In this document: one piece after another, positions 57,097-64,000 of the stretch
How positions within the stretch are numbered: position 1 is the first letter of the stretch
How the letters are laid out: the number at the start of each line of letters is the position of its first letter
DNA from: Patescibacteria group bacterium
Lineage (GTDB): Bacteria > Patescibacteriota > Gracilibacteria > UBA1369 > GCA-2718715
Length of the DNA stretch: 64,000 nucleotides
Direction of reading: 5' to 3'
Assembly: GCA_965660075.1 (NCBI GenBank)
Contig: CBFHYO010000019.1
Coordinates: forward strand, 2,433 to 66,432
The notes under the pieces: generated by a model
The model's database searches: none
The model's input: only the letters and a program-made list of their open reading frames with translations
Told to the model about the DNA's origin: nothing
Program-made: the position numbers and the translations under genes

Positions 57097-57125
57097 ATTA
57101 TCACACCCAATAAAATATTTGTCAA
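57097..57125 (-). promoter_or_regulatory. Sigma70-type promoter candidate for rnpB
   Basis: The minus strand reads TTGACA-N17-GATAAT with a TGT extended -10. It abuts the predicted 5' end of P1, so either the TSS lies a few nt inside my RNA coordinates or the 5' end is shorter than drawn. Confidence 0.45.
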
Positions 57126-57230
57126 ACAAAACCACACAACCAATTGAATATAAGCAAAGTATGTTTTTTATAAATATTTTATTAAAATTTTAAATTTATA
57201 TAGTATAAATTTAAGTCTAACTAAACTAAA

Positions 57231-58913
57231 ATGAAAAAATCAATTAGTAACCTAGTACTTCTTACACTTATTCTAAATAGTAGTGTTGCATTAGCCCAGT
57301 CACCTAACTTTGAAAAAAAGGCAGCGAAAAAAAGACAAATGCTCAATGAAGAACGCGAAAAACACACACAAAAACCAAAAGAAATAAGAAAAATAATTAG
57401 AGAAAACCTAGTAGCACCAAAAATTCAAGAAGCAAACAAAATACTTCTTAAACTCAAAAACCCAACAAGTAAATACAACGCAGTGATTAAAAGCAATGGT
57501 TCAGAAATCAAGGTCTTAAACATGAGAAATTTCTCATCTACAGATACAATTTCTGGCCGAATTGGTGAAAATATTCAATTAAGCATTTCAGAACCAAAAA
57601 GTCTATCATTAATATTCGAAGTTCCAAAAGACCAAGCAGAAATTATGCTTGATTTAAATAACGAACAATACACAATCAATATTGAAGAGTTAAAACAATC
57701 AAGTCAAAACCTTGATAACAACACATTCGAAGAAGCTGAAATCAAATACTTAACAGACAAAAAATTACTTAAAGAAAGTAGTGATTACAGATTCGAAAAT
57801 AAAGACAACAATGCTGGTAAAAGACTCGAAAAAGTTAAAGCAAAAATAGAAAACAAAGAAGAATGTAAAAATTTATTTATTGAATTACAACAAACGGAAT
57901 TTGATGGATATGAAGATAGAGCAGAAAATTTCTTTAAATTACTAGAATCAAATCCAAGTACTACAGCTTGTAACATCGCTCGAAAATCATTCAAAGAAAA
58001 AAAATCAGAAATAAATGAATTACGTTTTAAAAATAAAAAAATATTATTCAAAGACACAGCAGAAGGATGGTTTAAAACTCATGTAGAACGAGTTAGTCAA
58101 AGAATGGTAAGAGGCATGAAATTATTTCAAGGATATAAAGATACCAGAGGTAATCTTACAGGAGAATTTGGTCCATTAAACAATGTCAAACTTGGAGAAT
58201 TGTTAAAAGTATCTCTTATTACAGCTGGTTTAGATAGATCTGAAGTTACATCTAATTCTATAGACACAACACATTGGGCTGCAGGATTTGCTCAAACTGC
58301 TCTAGATTTAGAACTTTCGATTGCATCAGATTTATCAGATTTAAACAGAGCTGTAACTCGTGGACAAGTTTTACAAACATTTGCCGAAAGCTTAATGCTG
58401 ATAAACCCACAAGACCCAACAGCAAATTTGGATCAATGCGATTTAGAATCAATGAAAACAAGCTTTGTAGATTTTGACTCCACTCACCCTCAAGCACTAG
58501 CAGCATGTATATTTGTACAAGATGGAATAATTAAAGGATCCCAAGGAAACTTATTACTAGATGGAGCTACCAACAGAGCAGAAATTGCAAAAATACTCAA
58601 CAACGTTTTAGACAAATATGTAGATTCAGAAAATTCTATAATAGACTTAGAAGATTCAGTTGAAGCATTCGAGATGTTCGATGAAATTGAAGAAGAATTG
58701 GAAGAGATCATGGAAGAAATGGAAGATGAATTAGAAGATTTAGCAGAAGATATTTTAGATGCCTTCGAAGCAATATCAGACGAACTAGACGAAGACGATG
58801 ATGACAACGAAGACGAAGACGAAAATGATGACAACGAAGACGAAGACGAAAATGATGACGACGAAGACGATGATGAAAATGATGACGATGACGACGATGA
58901 TGAAACACTATAA
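57231..58913 (+). CDS. Secreted protein with SLH-like repeats and a poly-acidic C-terminal tail
   Basis: 560 aa. Signal peptide MKKSISNLVLLTLILNSSVALAQ. SLH-like HWAAGFAQTALD...NRAVTRGQVLQTFAESL and ...GATNRAEIAKILNNVL. The last roughly 100 aa are almost entirely D/E/N. Confidence 0.55.
   Translation: MKKSISNLVLLTLILNSSVALAQSPNFEKKAAKKRQMLNEEREKHTQKPKEIRKIIRENLVAPKIQEANKILLKLKNPTSKYNAVIKSNGSEIKVLNMRNFSSTDTISGRIGENIQLSISEPKSLSLIFEVPKDQAEIMLDLNNEQYTINIEELKQSSQNLDNNTFEEAEIKYLTDKKLLKESSDYRFENKDNNAGKRLEKVKAKIENKEECKNLFIELQQTEFDGYEDRAENFFKLLESNPSTTACNIARKSFKEKKSEINELRFKNKKILFKDTAEGWFKTHVERVSQRMVRGMKLFQGYKDTRGNLTGEFGPLNNVKLGELLKVSLITAGLDRSEVTSNSIDTTHWAAGFAQTALDLELSIASDLSDLNRAVTRGQVLQTFAESLMLINPQDPTANLDQCDLESMKTSFVDFDSTHPQALAACIFVQDGIIKGSQGNLLLDGATNRAEIAKILNNVLDKYVDSENSIIDLEDSVEAFEMFDEIEEELEEIMEEMEDELEDLAEDILDAFEAISDELDEDDDDNEDEDENDDNEDEDENDDDEDDDENDDDDDDDETL
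58800..58880 (+). repeat. 27-nt in-frame tandem repeat (2 identical copies plus 1 diverged) in the acidic tail
   Basis: gatgacaacgaagacgaagacgaaaat occurs at 58800-58826 and 58827-58853. A diverged copy lies at 58854-58880. It encodes DDNEDEDEN. Confidence 0.85.
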
Positions 58914-58937
58914 ATCACAGCTAAAATAATCTAATTA

Positions 58938-58967
58938 AAAAAGCCCTGGAATTTTCCAGGGCTTTAA
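58938..58967. terminator. Bidirectional rho-independent terminator between the acidic SLH protein (+) and the TPR gene (-)
   Basis: Perfect palindrome AGCCCTGGAA-tt-TTCCAGGGCT (58942-58963), flanked by an A run upstream and TTT downstream. Confidence 0.7.
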
Positions 58968-58985
58968 ATTTACTCAAATATTAAA

Positions 58986-59549
58986 TTATTGAGACTTAAA
59001 GTGACTAACAGCTTTAAGACACTCAATAGCTTGTAAGTTATCTGGTTCGATAGTTAGAATTCTATGAAAAATTTCTTCAGCTTCTTCAAATTTTAAACTA
59101 TTTAATAAACACACACCTAAATCACACATTATCAACGGATCGTTAGGAGCAAGTGAGTTTGCTCGGTTTAAAAGTACAATCCCCTGTTGTTTTTTACCAG
59201 AGTTATAAATAGACCAACCAAGACATCTAATGATTTCTGGATGATTTGGTTCAATTTTATCGGCAACTTCTAGTTCTTTAATAGATTCTGCGAAATCATT
59301 TAGACATGAATGTGTAAATCCTAGCAAGTAGTGAGCATTTGCTGAAATAGGATCTACTCTCAATGCAAAACGTAATGCCTTTAAAGCTTTATCAAATTGA
59401 CGCATAGATAAATAGTTATCCCCCATTTCTTCTAATGCTTGAGTGTTATGAAGATCTGATTTTAAAATATCTTCTAATACTTCTATGGCACCATTATGGT
59501 CACCAGATAATTTTAATTTTTCCGCTAGTAGGATTTGCTCACTTTTCAT
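58986..59549 (-). CDS. Tetratricopeptide (TPR) repeat protein
   Basis: 187 aa with at least 4 TPR-like 34-aa repeats (for example ANAHYLLGFTHSCLNDFAESIKELEVADKIEPNH). Confidence 0.7.
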   Translation of the reverse strand: MKSEQILLAEKLKLSGDHNGAIEVLEDILKSDLHNTQALEEMGDNYLSMRQFDKALKALRFALRVDPISANAHYLLGFTHSCLNDFAESIKELEVADKIEPNHPEIIRCLGWSIYNSGKKQQGIVLLNRANSLAPNDPLIMCDLGVCLLNSLKFEEAEEIFHRILTIEPDNLQAIECLKAVSHFKSQ

Positions 59550-59613
59550 TTTTATTTGTTTAAATCTTTATATTGTATCACAAAAAAAGAAAAAAACCAA
59601 TAACTACAAGTAA

Positions 59614-60066
59614 TTAAAAGTCAAGCACACCTGAAGAAGACTCATTGACTCCAAAATCATCTAATTCAGAATCAACAGACTTCTTTATTTCTACACGCAA
59701 AATGCCTTTTTTGTAAGTAGCACGAACTTGAGATGTATCAAGCCCAGATGGCAACAAAATAGAACGAGAGAACTCGCCAAAATGGCATTCTTGCAAGTGG
59801 TATTCTGTTTCAGCAACAAATTCATGCAAACTAGATCTACCTTTTATTTCTAAAATTTCTCCATCTGCAACCAAAACCTCCAGGTTATTTAAATCAGTAC
59901 CGGCAATAGGCGCAATTACAACAAGAGAATCTGAAGTTTCGAAAACATCAACGCTAATAGTCGATATAAAAGTGGCATCGACCAAATCATCTGAAACATG
60001 AGAGACACGTGATTCTAAATTATCACGTGTTTCTAAATCCCCTCTCATTAAGATATCTAATTCCAT
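59614..60066 (-). CDS. Hsp20/alpha-crystallin small heat-shock protein
   Basis: 150 aa. DVFETSDSLVVIAPIAG...FSRSILLP...ATYKKGILRVEIKK. It overlaps the ftsH stop by 1 nt. Confidence 0.8.
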   Translation of the reverse strand: MELDILMRGDLETRDNLESRVSHVSDDLVDATFISTISVDVFETSDSLVVIAPIAGTDLNNLEVLVADGEILEIKGRSSLHEFVAETEYHLQECHFGEFSRSILLPSGLDTSQVRATYKKGILRVEIKKSVDSELDDFGVNESSSGVLDF

Positions 60067-61865
60067 TAAGCAAAATAGGTTAAGAATTCATCACGAGAAA
60101 TATTTTCTTTCTCAAGTAAGTCCTCCGCTATCTTTGTAATTAATTTTTTATTCTTATTAACAATTTTTGTAGTTTCCATAAATGCTTCGTCTACAAAGGC
60201 TTTAATACGTATATCAATTTCGTGAGCCATTTGTTCTGAGTAATTTTTGACATGTCCAAAGTCACGACCCAAAAACACTTCTTGATTTTGTTCACCAAAA
60301 GTAGCTGGACCTAAATCAGACATACCATATTGTGTCACCATAGAACGAGCCATATTAGTAGCACGCTCTAAATCGGAAGATGGACCAGTTGTCACCTCAC
60401 CGAAAAATTCTTTTTCAACTACATAACCACCAAGTAACGCACACAATTCATGTTTAAACTTAGTAAGCGAATACAAATGACGATCTTGTTCTGGCAAGTA
60501 CCAAGTAACACCCAAGGCATGACCACGAGAAACAATAGAAATCTTATGCACAGGATCACACTCAGATAACAAATGGCCAACAACAGCGTGCCCCACTTCG
60601 TGATAAGAAGTGATTTTCTTTTCTTTATCAGATAATACTCTCGATTTCTTTTCCGGTCCAAGAGCAACCTTTTCAACTGCTTGGTTAAGATCGTCATGTT
60701 TGACAACTTTTGCATTACGACGAGCAGCAAACAAAGCACCTTCGTTTAAAACATTTTCTAAATCAGCACCTGTAAACCCTGGAGTTTTTCGAGCTATAAC
60801 ATTTAAATCAACATCTTTAGCTAATGGCTTAGATTTAGCATGAACAACAAGTATTTCTTGACGATCTTTAATATCTGGACGATCCACCACAACACGTCTA
60901 TCAAAACGACCTGGACGCAACAATGCAGGGTCTAACACATCTGGTCTATTTGTTGCAGCCATAACAATTACAGAAGAACCTGTTTCGAAACCATCCATCT
61001 CTGTAAGGATTTGATTTAAAGTTTGTTCACGCTCATCGTGACCACCACCAAGCCCTGCACCACGTTTACGACCAACAGCATCTATTTCATCGATAAAGAC
61101 AATACATGGAGATGCTTTTTTGGCAGTTGCAAACATGTCACGCACACGTGAAGCACCTACACCAACAAACATTTCCACAAATTCCGAACCAGAAATAGAG
61201 AAAAATGGCACATCTGCCTCTCCTGCTACCGCACGAGCTAGTAAAGTTTTACCAGTTCCCGGAGGACCAACCAGTAGAACCCCTTTAGGAATTTTTGCAC
61301 CAAGCTTTTGGAATTTGGCTGGCTTTTTAAGAAAATCTACAATTTCTTCAAGCTCTTCTTTGGCTTCTTTAGCACCAGCAACTTTTGTAAAATCCGTACG
61401 AGATTTAGATTTATCATGCAACTTCGCACGAGTTTTACCAAAACTCATAGCTTGATTATTAGAAGATTGTGCAGACTTTAGCATGTACATAATAACCATC
61501 AGAATGAACACAGCAGGTAAAGCCGAAATTAATAAGTTAGACCAAAAGCTAGAATTTGGAACAACATCGATATTTAACAAAGAATACTCGTCTGCGGATA
61601 ACATATCTGACAAACTTGCTGATTCTTCTTTATAAGAGTATTTAATAGAATCATCTGCTTTAAAGGTAAGTTTGTCACCTTTAATACTCACAGCATTATC
61701 CGAAATAAGACCTTCATTCAAGTCTGCACGAAACTCAGCAAATGGAACCTTTTTTGGTGGATCCAATAATTGATCAGAGTTATATAACAAACTAGAAATA
61801 ATAAGAGTTAAAACTAAAAACAAAAGAAAACTATGCCGTTTAGGACGTTTCGATACAACTTTCAT
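60066..61865 (-). CDS. ftsH: ATP-dependent zinc metalloprotease FtsH
   Basis: 599 aa. [34 protein letters not shown]. Confidence 0.95.
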   Translation of the reverse strand: MKVVSKRPKRHSFLLFLVLTLIISSLLYNSDQLLDPPKKVPFAEFRADLNEGLISDNAVSIKGDKLTFKADDSIKYSYKEESASLSDMLSADEYSLLNIDVVPNSSFWSNLLISALPAVFILMVIMYMLKSAQSSNNQAMSFGKTRAKLHDKSKSRTDFTKVAGAKEAKEELEEIVDFLKKPAKFQKLGAKIPKGVLLVGPPGTGKTLLARAVAGEADVPFFSISGSEFVEMFVGVGASRVRDMFATAKKASPCIVFIDEIDAVGRKRGAGLGGGHDEREQTLNQILTEMDGFETGSSVIVMAATNRPDVLDPALLRPGRFDRRVVVDRPDIKDRQEILVVHAKSKPLAKDVDLNVIARKTPGFTGADLENVLNEGALFAARRNAKVVKHDDLNQAVEKVALGPEKKSRVLSDKEKKITSYHEVGHAVVGHLLSECDPVHKISIVSRGHALGVTWYLPEQDRHLYSLTKFKHELCALLGGYVVEKEFFGEVTTGPSSDLERATNMARSMVTQYGMSDLGPATFGEQNQEVFLGRDFGHVKNYSEQMAHEIDIRIKAFVDEAFMETTKIVNKNKKLITKIAEDLLEKENISRDEFLTYFA

Positions 61866-61929
61866 AGTAGGAAAATAAATTAAACAATTAATGTAATTTT
61901 AATCAAAAGTTAACTAATTTTCAAAGCAT

Positions 61930-63138
61930 TTAAGCCAAATTTATTAAGTTTTTATAGACAGACAAAATTAAGCTTTTAGAGTATAACTTATATTCTCCTT
62001 CAGAAACTTTGAGAACCGGCACGTATTTTCTTAAAAAAACAGGAATCTTAAGTGTACGAAAAAATTTTTTATAGCTATAAACCTTACCCAAATCCACAAA
62101 GCTCATACTAGGATTGGCAAGAACAAAATTAGAATCATCCAAAGAAAGTCCATTTAAAGAAAATAACTCAGTAACAATCTGCTTGTCAGTTAATTTAGTG
62201 AAAAAAACAGAGTTACTAGTTTTAAAAGCAAATACACCATTAAAATAAAATTCAGAACTAGACTTGGAATCAAAAATGAACTTTTCGAATTCCATAATTC
62301 TTCCACGAGAAACAGATGCAAAAACACAGTAAAAAACATACAACAAATTACTCCTAGTAAGATTTTTTAAAGCAACGCAAAAGAAACCCTTTTCATAGAC
62401 AAACAAATTTTCAGATTCCAAGCGCATACAAGCCAAATTAGAATCGTTATCACAAGCCTGTTTAAACATTGAATCTAAAAACAAAGGAGATAGCAAGCCA
62501 TTACTTAAAAAATTCCTAAATTTATTACGCGTATAGACCAAAGATAAATTAGAAGAATCTTCATTAAATAATAAACGATTAGAATGGGCACAAGCAAGCA
62601 AGTCAGATTTGTTTTTATTTATTAAGGGTCGCAAAAACACAGGACCACTTTTCAAAGTTGTAAAACCAATGTTAGAACAATTATTAGAAAGCTTCATTAA
62701 TAAATTTTCATTTTGATCATCTGCATGGTGAGCAACTAAGACTTTCGCATTTAACTTTTTGGCTAAACTGCTTAGATAAGAGTATCTAAAATTAGAACTC
62801 AAAGCTTGAAAACTCGAATCATGAGTAACATTTGCTTTATTTAAATCCCATAAGGGGGTTATTAAACGACGAGAATAAAATGCTAATGTAGAAGACAAAT
62901 CAACATCTACAACACGCAAATCAACACTAAAACCTATTAATAAAGATTTAATTGCAGCGATATCGTAATCAATATCGACTCGCTTTGCATGATTAAAGTA
63001 GACAACAACTAACGAATCGGCAGGTAAGTATTTAAGAGCCAAAAAAAGCATAACCTGCGAATCGACTCCCCCGCTACAAGACAGAACAAATTTCTGCTGA
63101 CTATCAGCCAAACACTTAAAAATATCTACTAAGTTCAT
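61930..63138 (-). CDS. tilS: tRNA(Ile)-lysidine synthase
   Basis: 402 aa. PP-loop SCSGGVDSQV near the N-terminus. tilS upstream of ftsH is a conserved arrangement. Confidence 0.7.
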   Translation of the reverse strand: MNLVDIFKCLADSQQKFVLSCSGGVDSQVMLFLALKYLPADSLVVVYFNHAKRVDIDYDIAAIKSLLIGFSVDLRVVDVDLSSTLAFYSRRLITPLWDLNKANVTHDSSFQALSSNFRYSYLSSLAKKLNAKVLVAHHADDQNENLLMKLSNNCSNIGFTTLKSGPVFLRPLINKNKSDLLACAHSNRLLFNEDSSNLSLVYTRNKFRNFLSNGLLSPLFLDSMFKQACDNDSNLACMRLESENLFVYEKGFFCVALKNLTRSNLLYVFYCVFASVSRGRIMEFEKFIFDSKSSSEFYFNGVFAFKTSNSVFFTKLTDKQIVTELFSLNGLSLDDSNFVLANPSMSFVDLGKVYSYKKFFRTLKIPVFLRKYVPVLKVSEGEYKLYSKSLILSVYKNLINLA

Positions 63139-63458
63139 AATTCAAAAGGTTTTGTTGATAATTCGATAACCTTATCCATATTATCATCTGGCAAAACCTT
63201 ATTCACAAAAACATGAGAACATTTTGTACATTGAAATTTAATTTTATATTCACCAATCCTCACAGTTTTTAAACTTACAGGTTTCATAATCCCGTGGCAT
63301 GTACTCAATCGATCCCCAGGAACATTTAGATCAACATGCAAACTACATAAACAATAAGGACAATGATTGCGAATAAAACCATCTCCTTTAGAAACCTTTG
63401 CATGACAGTTTAAGCAAGTAAAACTTTCGTTTTTATGAATAAAATTCTTTTTTTGCAT
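63135..63458 (-). CDS. RNHCP-domain zinc-ribbon protein
   Basis: 107 aa. Contains the literal motif RNHCPYC plus further CxxC pairs. It overlaps the tilS start by 4 nt. Confidence 0.55.
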   Translation of the reverse strand: MQKKNFIHKNESFTCLNCHAKVSKGDGFIRNHCPYCLCSLHVDLNVPGDRLSTCHGIMKPVSLKTVRIGEYKIKFQCTKCSHVFVNKVLPDDNMDKVIELSTKPFEL

Positions 63459-63577
63459 AAATCTCCAAATAATATTTACAATGACAAAAATCTATTTTGT
63501 ACCATATTAAAGCAATATTTTTTGCAAAACAAGCCAATAATCAGTAAATTTTATGGTAGTATTATTAAAGAAAATCA

Positions 63578-64000
63578 ATGGCCAGAAAAAAGAAGAAAAA
63601 CAAAAAAATTCTCGGGATTTTTGTCCGAAAAACCAAAACTAAAACCAGAAGAGCCAAGGAAATAGAAAATTCATGGCACATAGAGGTAGACGAACACATT
63701 GCTCGCGAGCTATTTGGAGTAATGTTTTTATTTATTGGTGTAACATTAGCCATGGCTCAATTCGACCAACTTGGGCGTATTGGAGATGGGCTAAACTACA
63801 TTCTAAAACCAGTATTTGGCTATGGAATCTACGCTCTATCTATTATGTGTTTATCTCTTGGAGTTAGTTGCTTTGCATCGAAAACAATCAGATTAAACGC
63901 GGCAAAATTTACCGGACTTGGATTACTTTTAATTTCTAGCCTTTCTATAAGTCACCTATTTGTAGATCTACCAGATATTTTGGTCGCAGCACAACTAGGT
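63578..64000 (+). CDS. ftsK: DNA translocase FtsK/SpoIIIE, N-terminal membrane domain (partial; continues beyond the window)
   Basis: Own translation from the ATG at 63578: MARKKKKNKKILGIFV...ELFGVMFLFIGVTLAMAQFDQLGRIGDGLNYILKPVFGYGIYALSIMCLSLGV. This matches the FtsK 4TM N-terminal pattern. The frame is open to the window edge. Confidence 0.55.
   Translation, partial: MARKKKKNKKILGIFVRKTKTKTRRAKEIENSWHIEVDEHIARELFGVMFLFIGVTLAMAQFDQLGRIGDGLNYILKPVFGYGIYALSIMCLSLGVSCFASKTIRLNAAKFTGLGLLLISSLSISHLFVDLPDILVAAQLG

Noticed and set aside
56883-57113. 76-aa plus-strand ORF (MHHVGFTRILQ...)
   Set aside because: It lies entirely within, and antisense to, the RNase P RNA gene. Its apparent coding potential comes from the GC-rich structured RNA.
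58490-58918. 142-aa poly-Ser ORF and a 66-aa His/Arg-rich ORF on the minus strand
   Set aside because: These are antisense or alternate-frame readings of the GAT/GAC/GAA repeat that encodes the acidic tail of the plus-strand protein. They are low-complexity artefacts.
60419-61455. ORFs of 106, 77 and 111 aa inside ftsH (60419-60739 minus, 60610-60843 plus, 61120-61455 plus)
   Set aside because: They are embedded in the strongly supported ftsH frame and have no independent motifs. Long shadow ORFs are common in conserved genes.
1-64000. Search for tRNA, rRNA, SRP/tmRNA, CRISPR arrays, IS elements, integrases, reverse transcriptases and toxin-antitoxin pairs
   Set aside because: All spacers over 50 nt were read by eye. 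Apart from rnpB they are AT-rich with no cloverleaf-like or conserved RNA motifs. No regularly spaced direct repeats were seen, and no transposase, integrase or RT motifs appear in any ORF.

Overview
AT-rich, very gene-dense bacterial chromosomal segment. Spacers are mostly under 120 nt, and many start and stop codons overlap. I call about 60 protein genes, and roughly two thirds lie on the minus strand. Most are housekeeping genes: murE-like, hpf, tpiA, holA, gatCA, ftsX, recO, rel, rplY, ybaB, mltG, dnaA, rseP, frr, pyrH, groESL, rny, a tro-type metal ABC importer, polX, nrnA, pgk, glyQS, trxB, ftsQ, dus, pilT, secA, ftsH, tilS and the start of ftsK. The only RNA gene I can support is RNase P RNA (rnpB, about 56744-57096, minus strand), which is also the only GC-rich island. 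TGA works as a stop at expected protein ends, so the standard bacterial code applies. I saw no rRNA, tRNA, CRISPR array, IS element, integrase or prophage genes. Several traits suggest a small-genome Patescibacteria/CPR-like organism (inference only): an archaeal-type TIM, a RibL-type FMN adenylyltransferase, a lamin-tail-domain surface protein, an orphan TraD/VirD4-like ATPase, a sigma-region-4/HARE-HTH protein, many single-TM ORFans, and almost no Shine-Dalgarno motifs. The most unusual stretch is 31.3-38.9 kb, a co-directional block of three large poorly characterised proteins. These are an SLH x3 + CAP wall protein, a 1230-aa membrane-anchored protein with a partly degenerate PP2C-like domain, and a 444/464-aa ORFan. 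Other points worth a second look: the orphan 840-aa coupling-protein-like ATPase with a hairpin abutting its start codon; dnaA embedded in a pyrH-frr-rseP operon with no origin-like spacer; sense-strand-dependent base and amino-acid composition; a mosaic FAD pathway; and a near-consensus promoter built into the rplY terminator upstream of rel. All functional calls come from reading motifs by eye. No database search was run.
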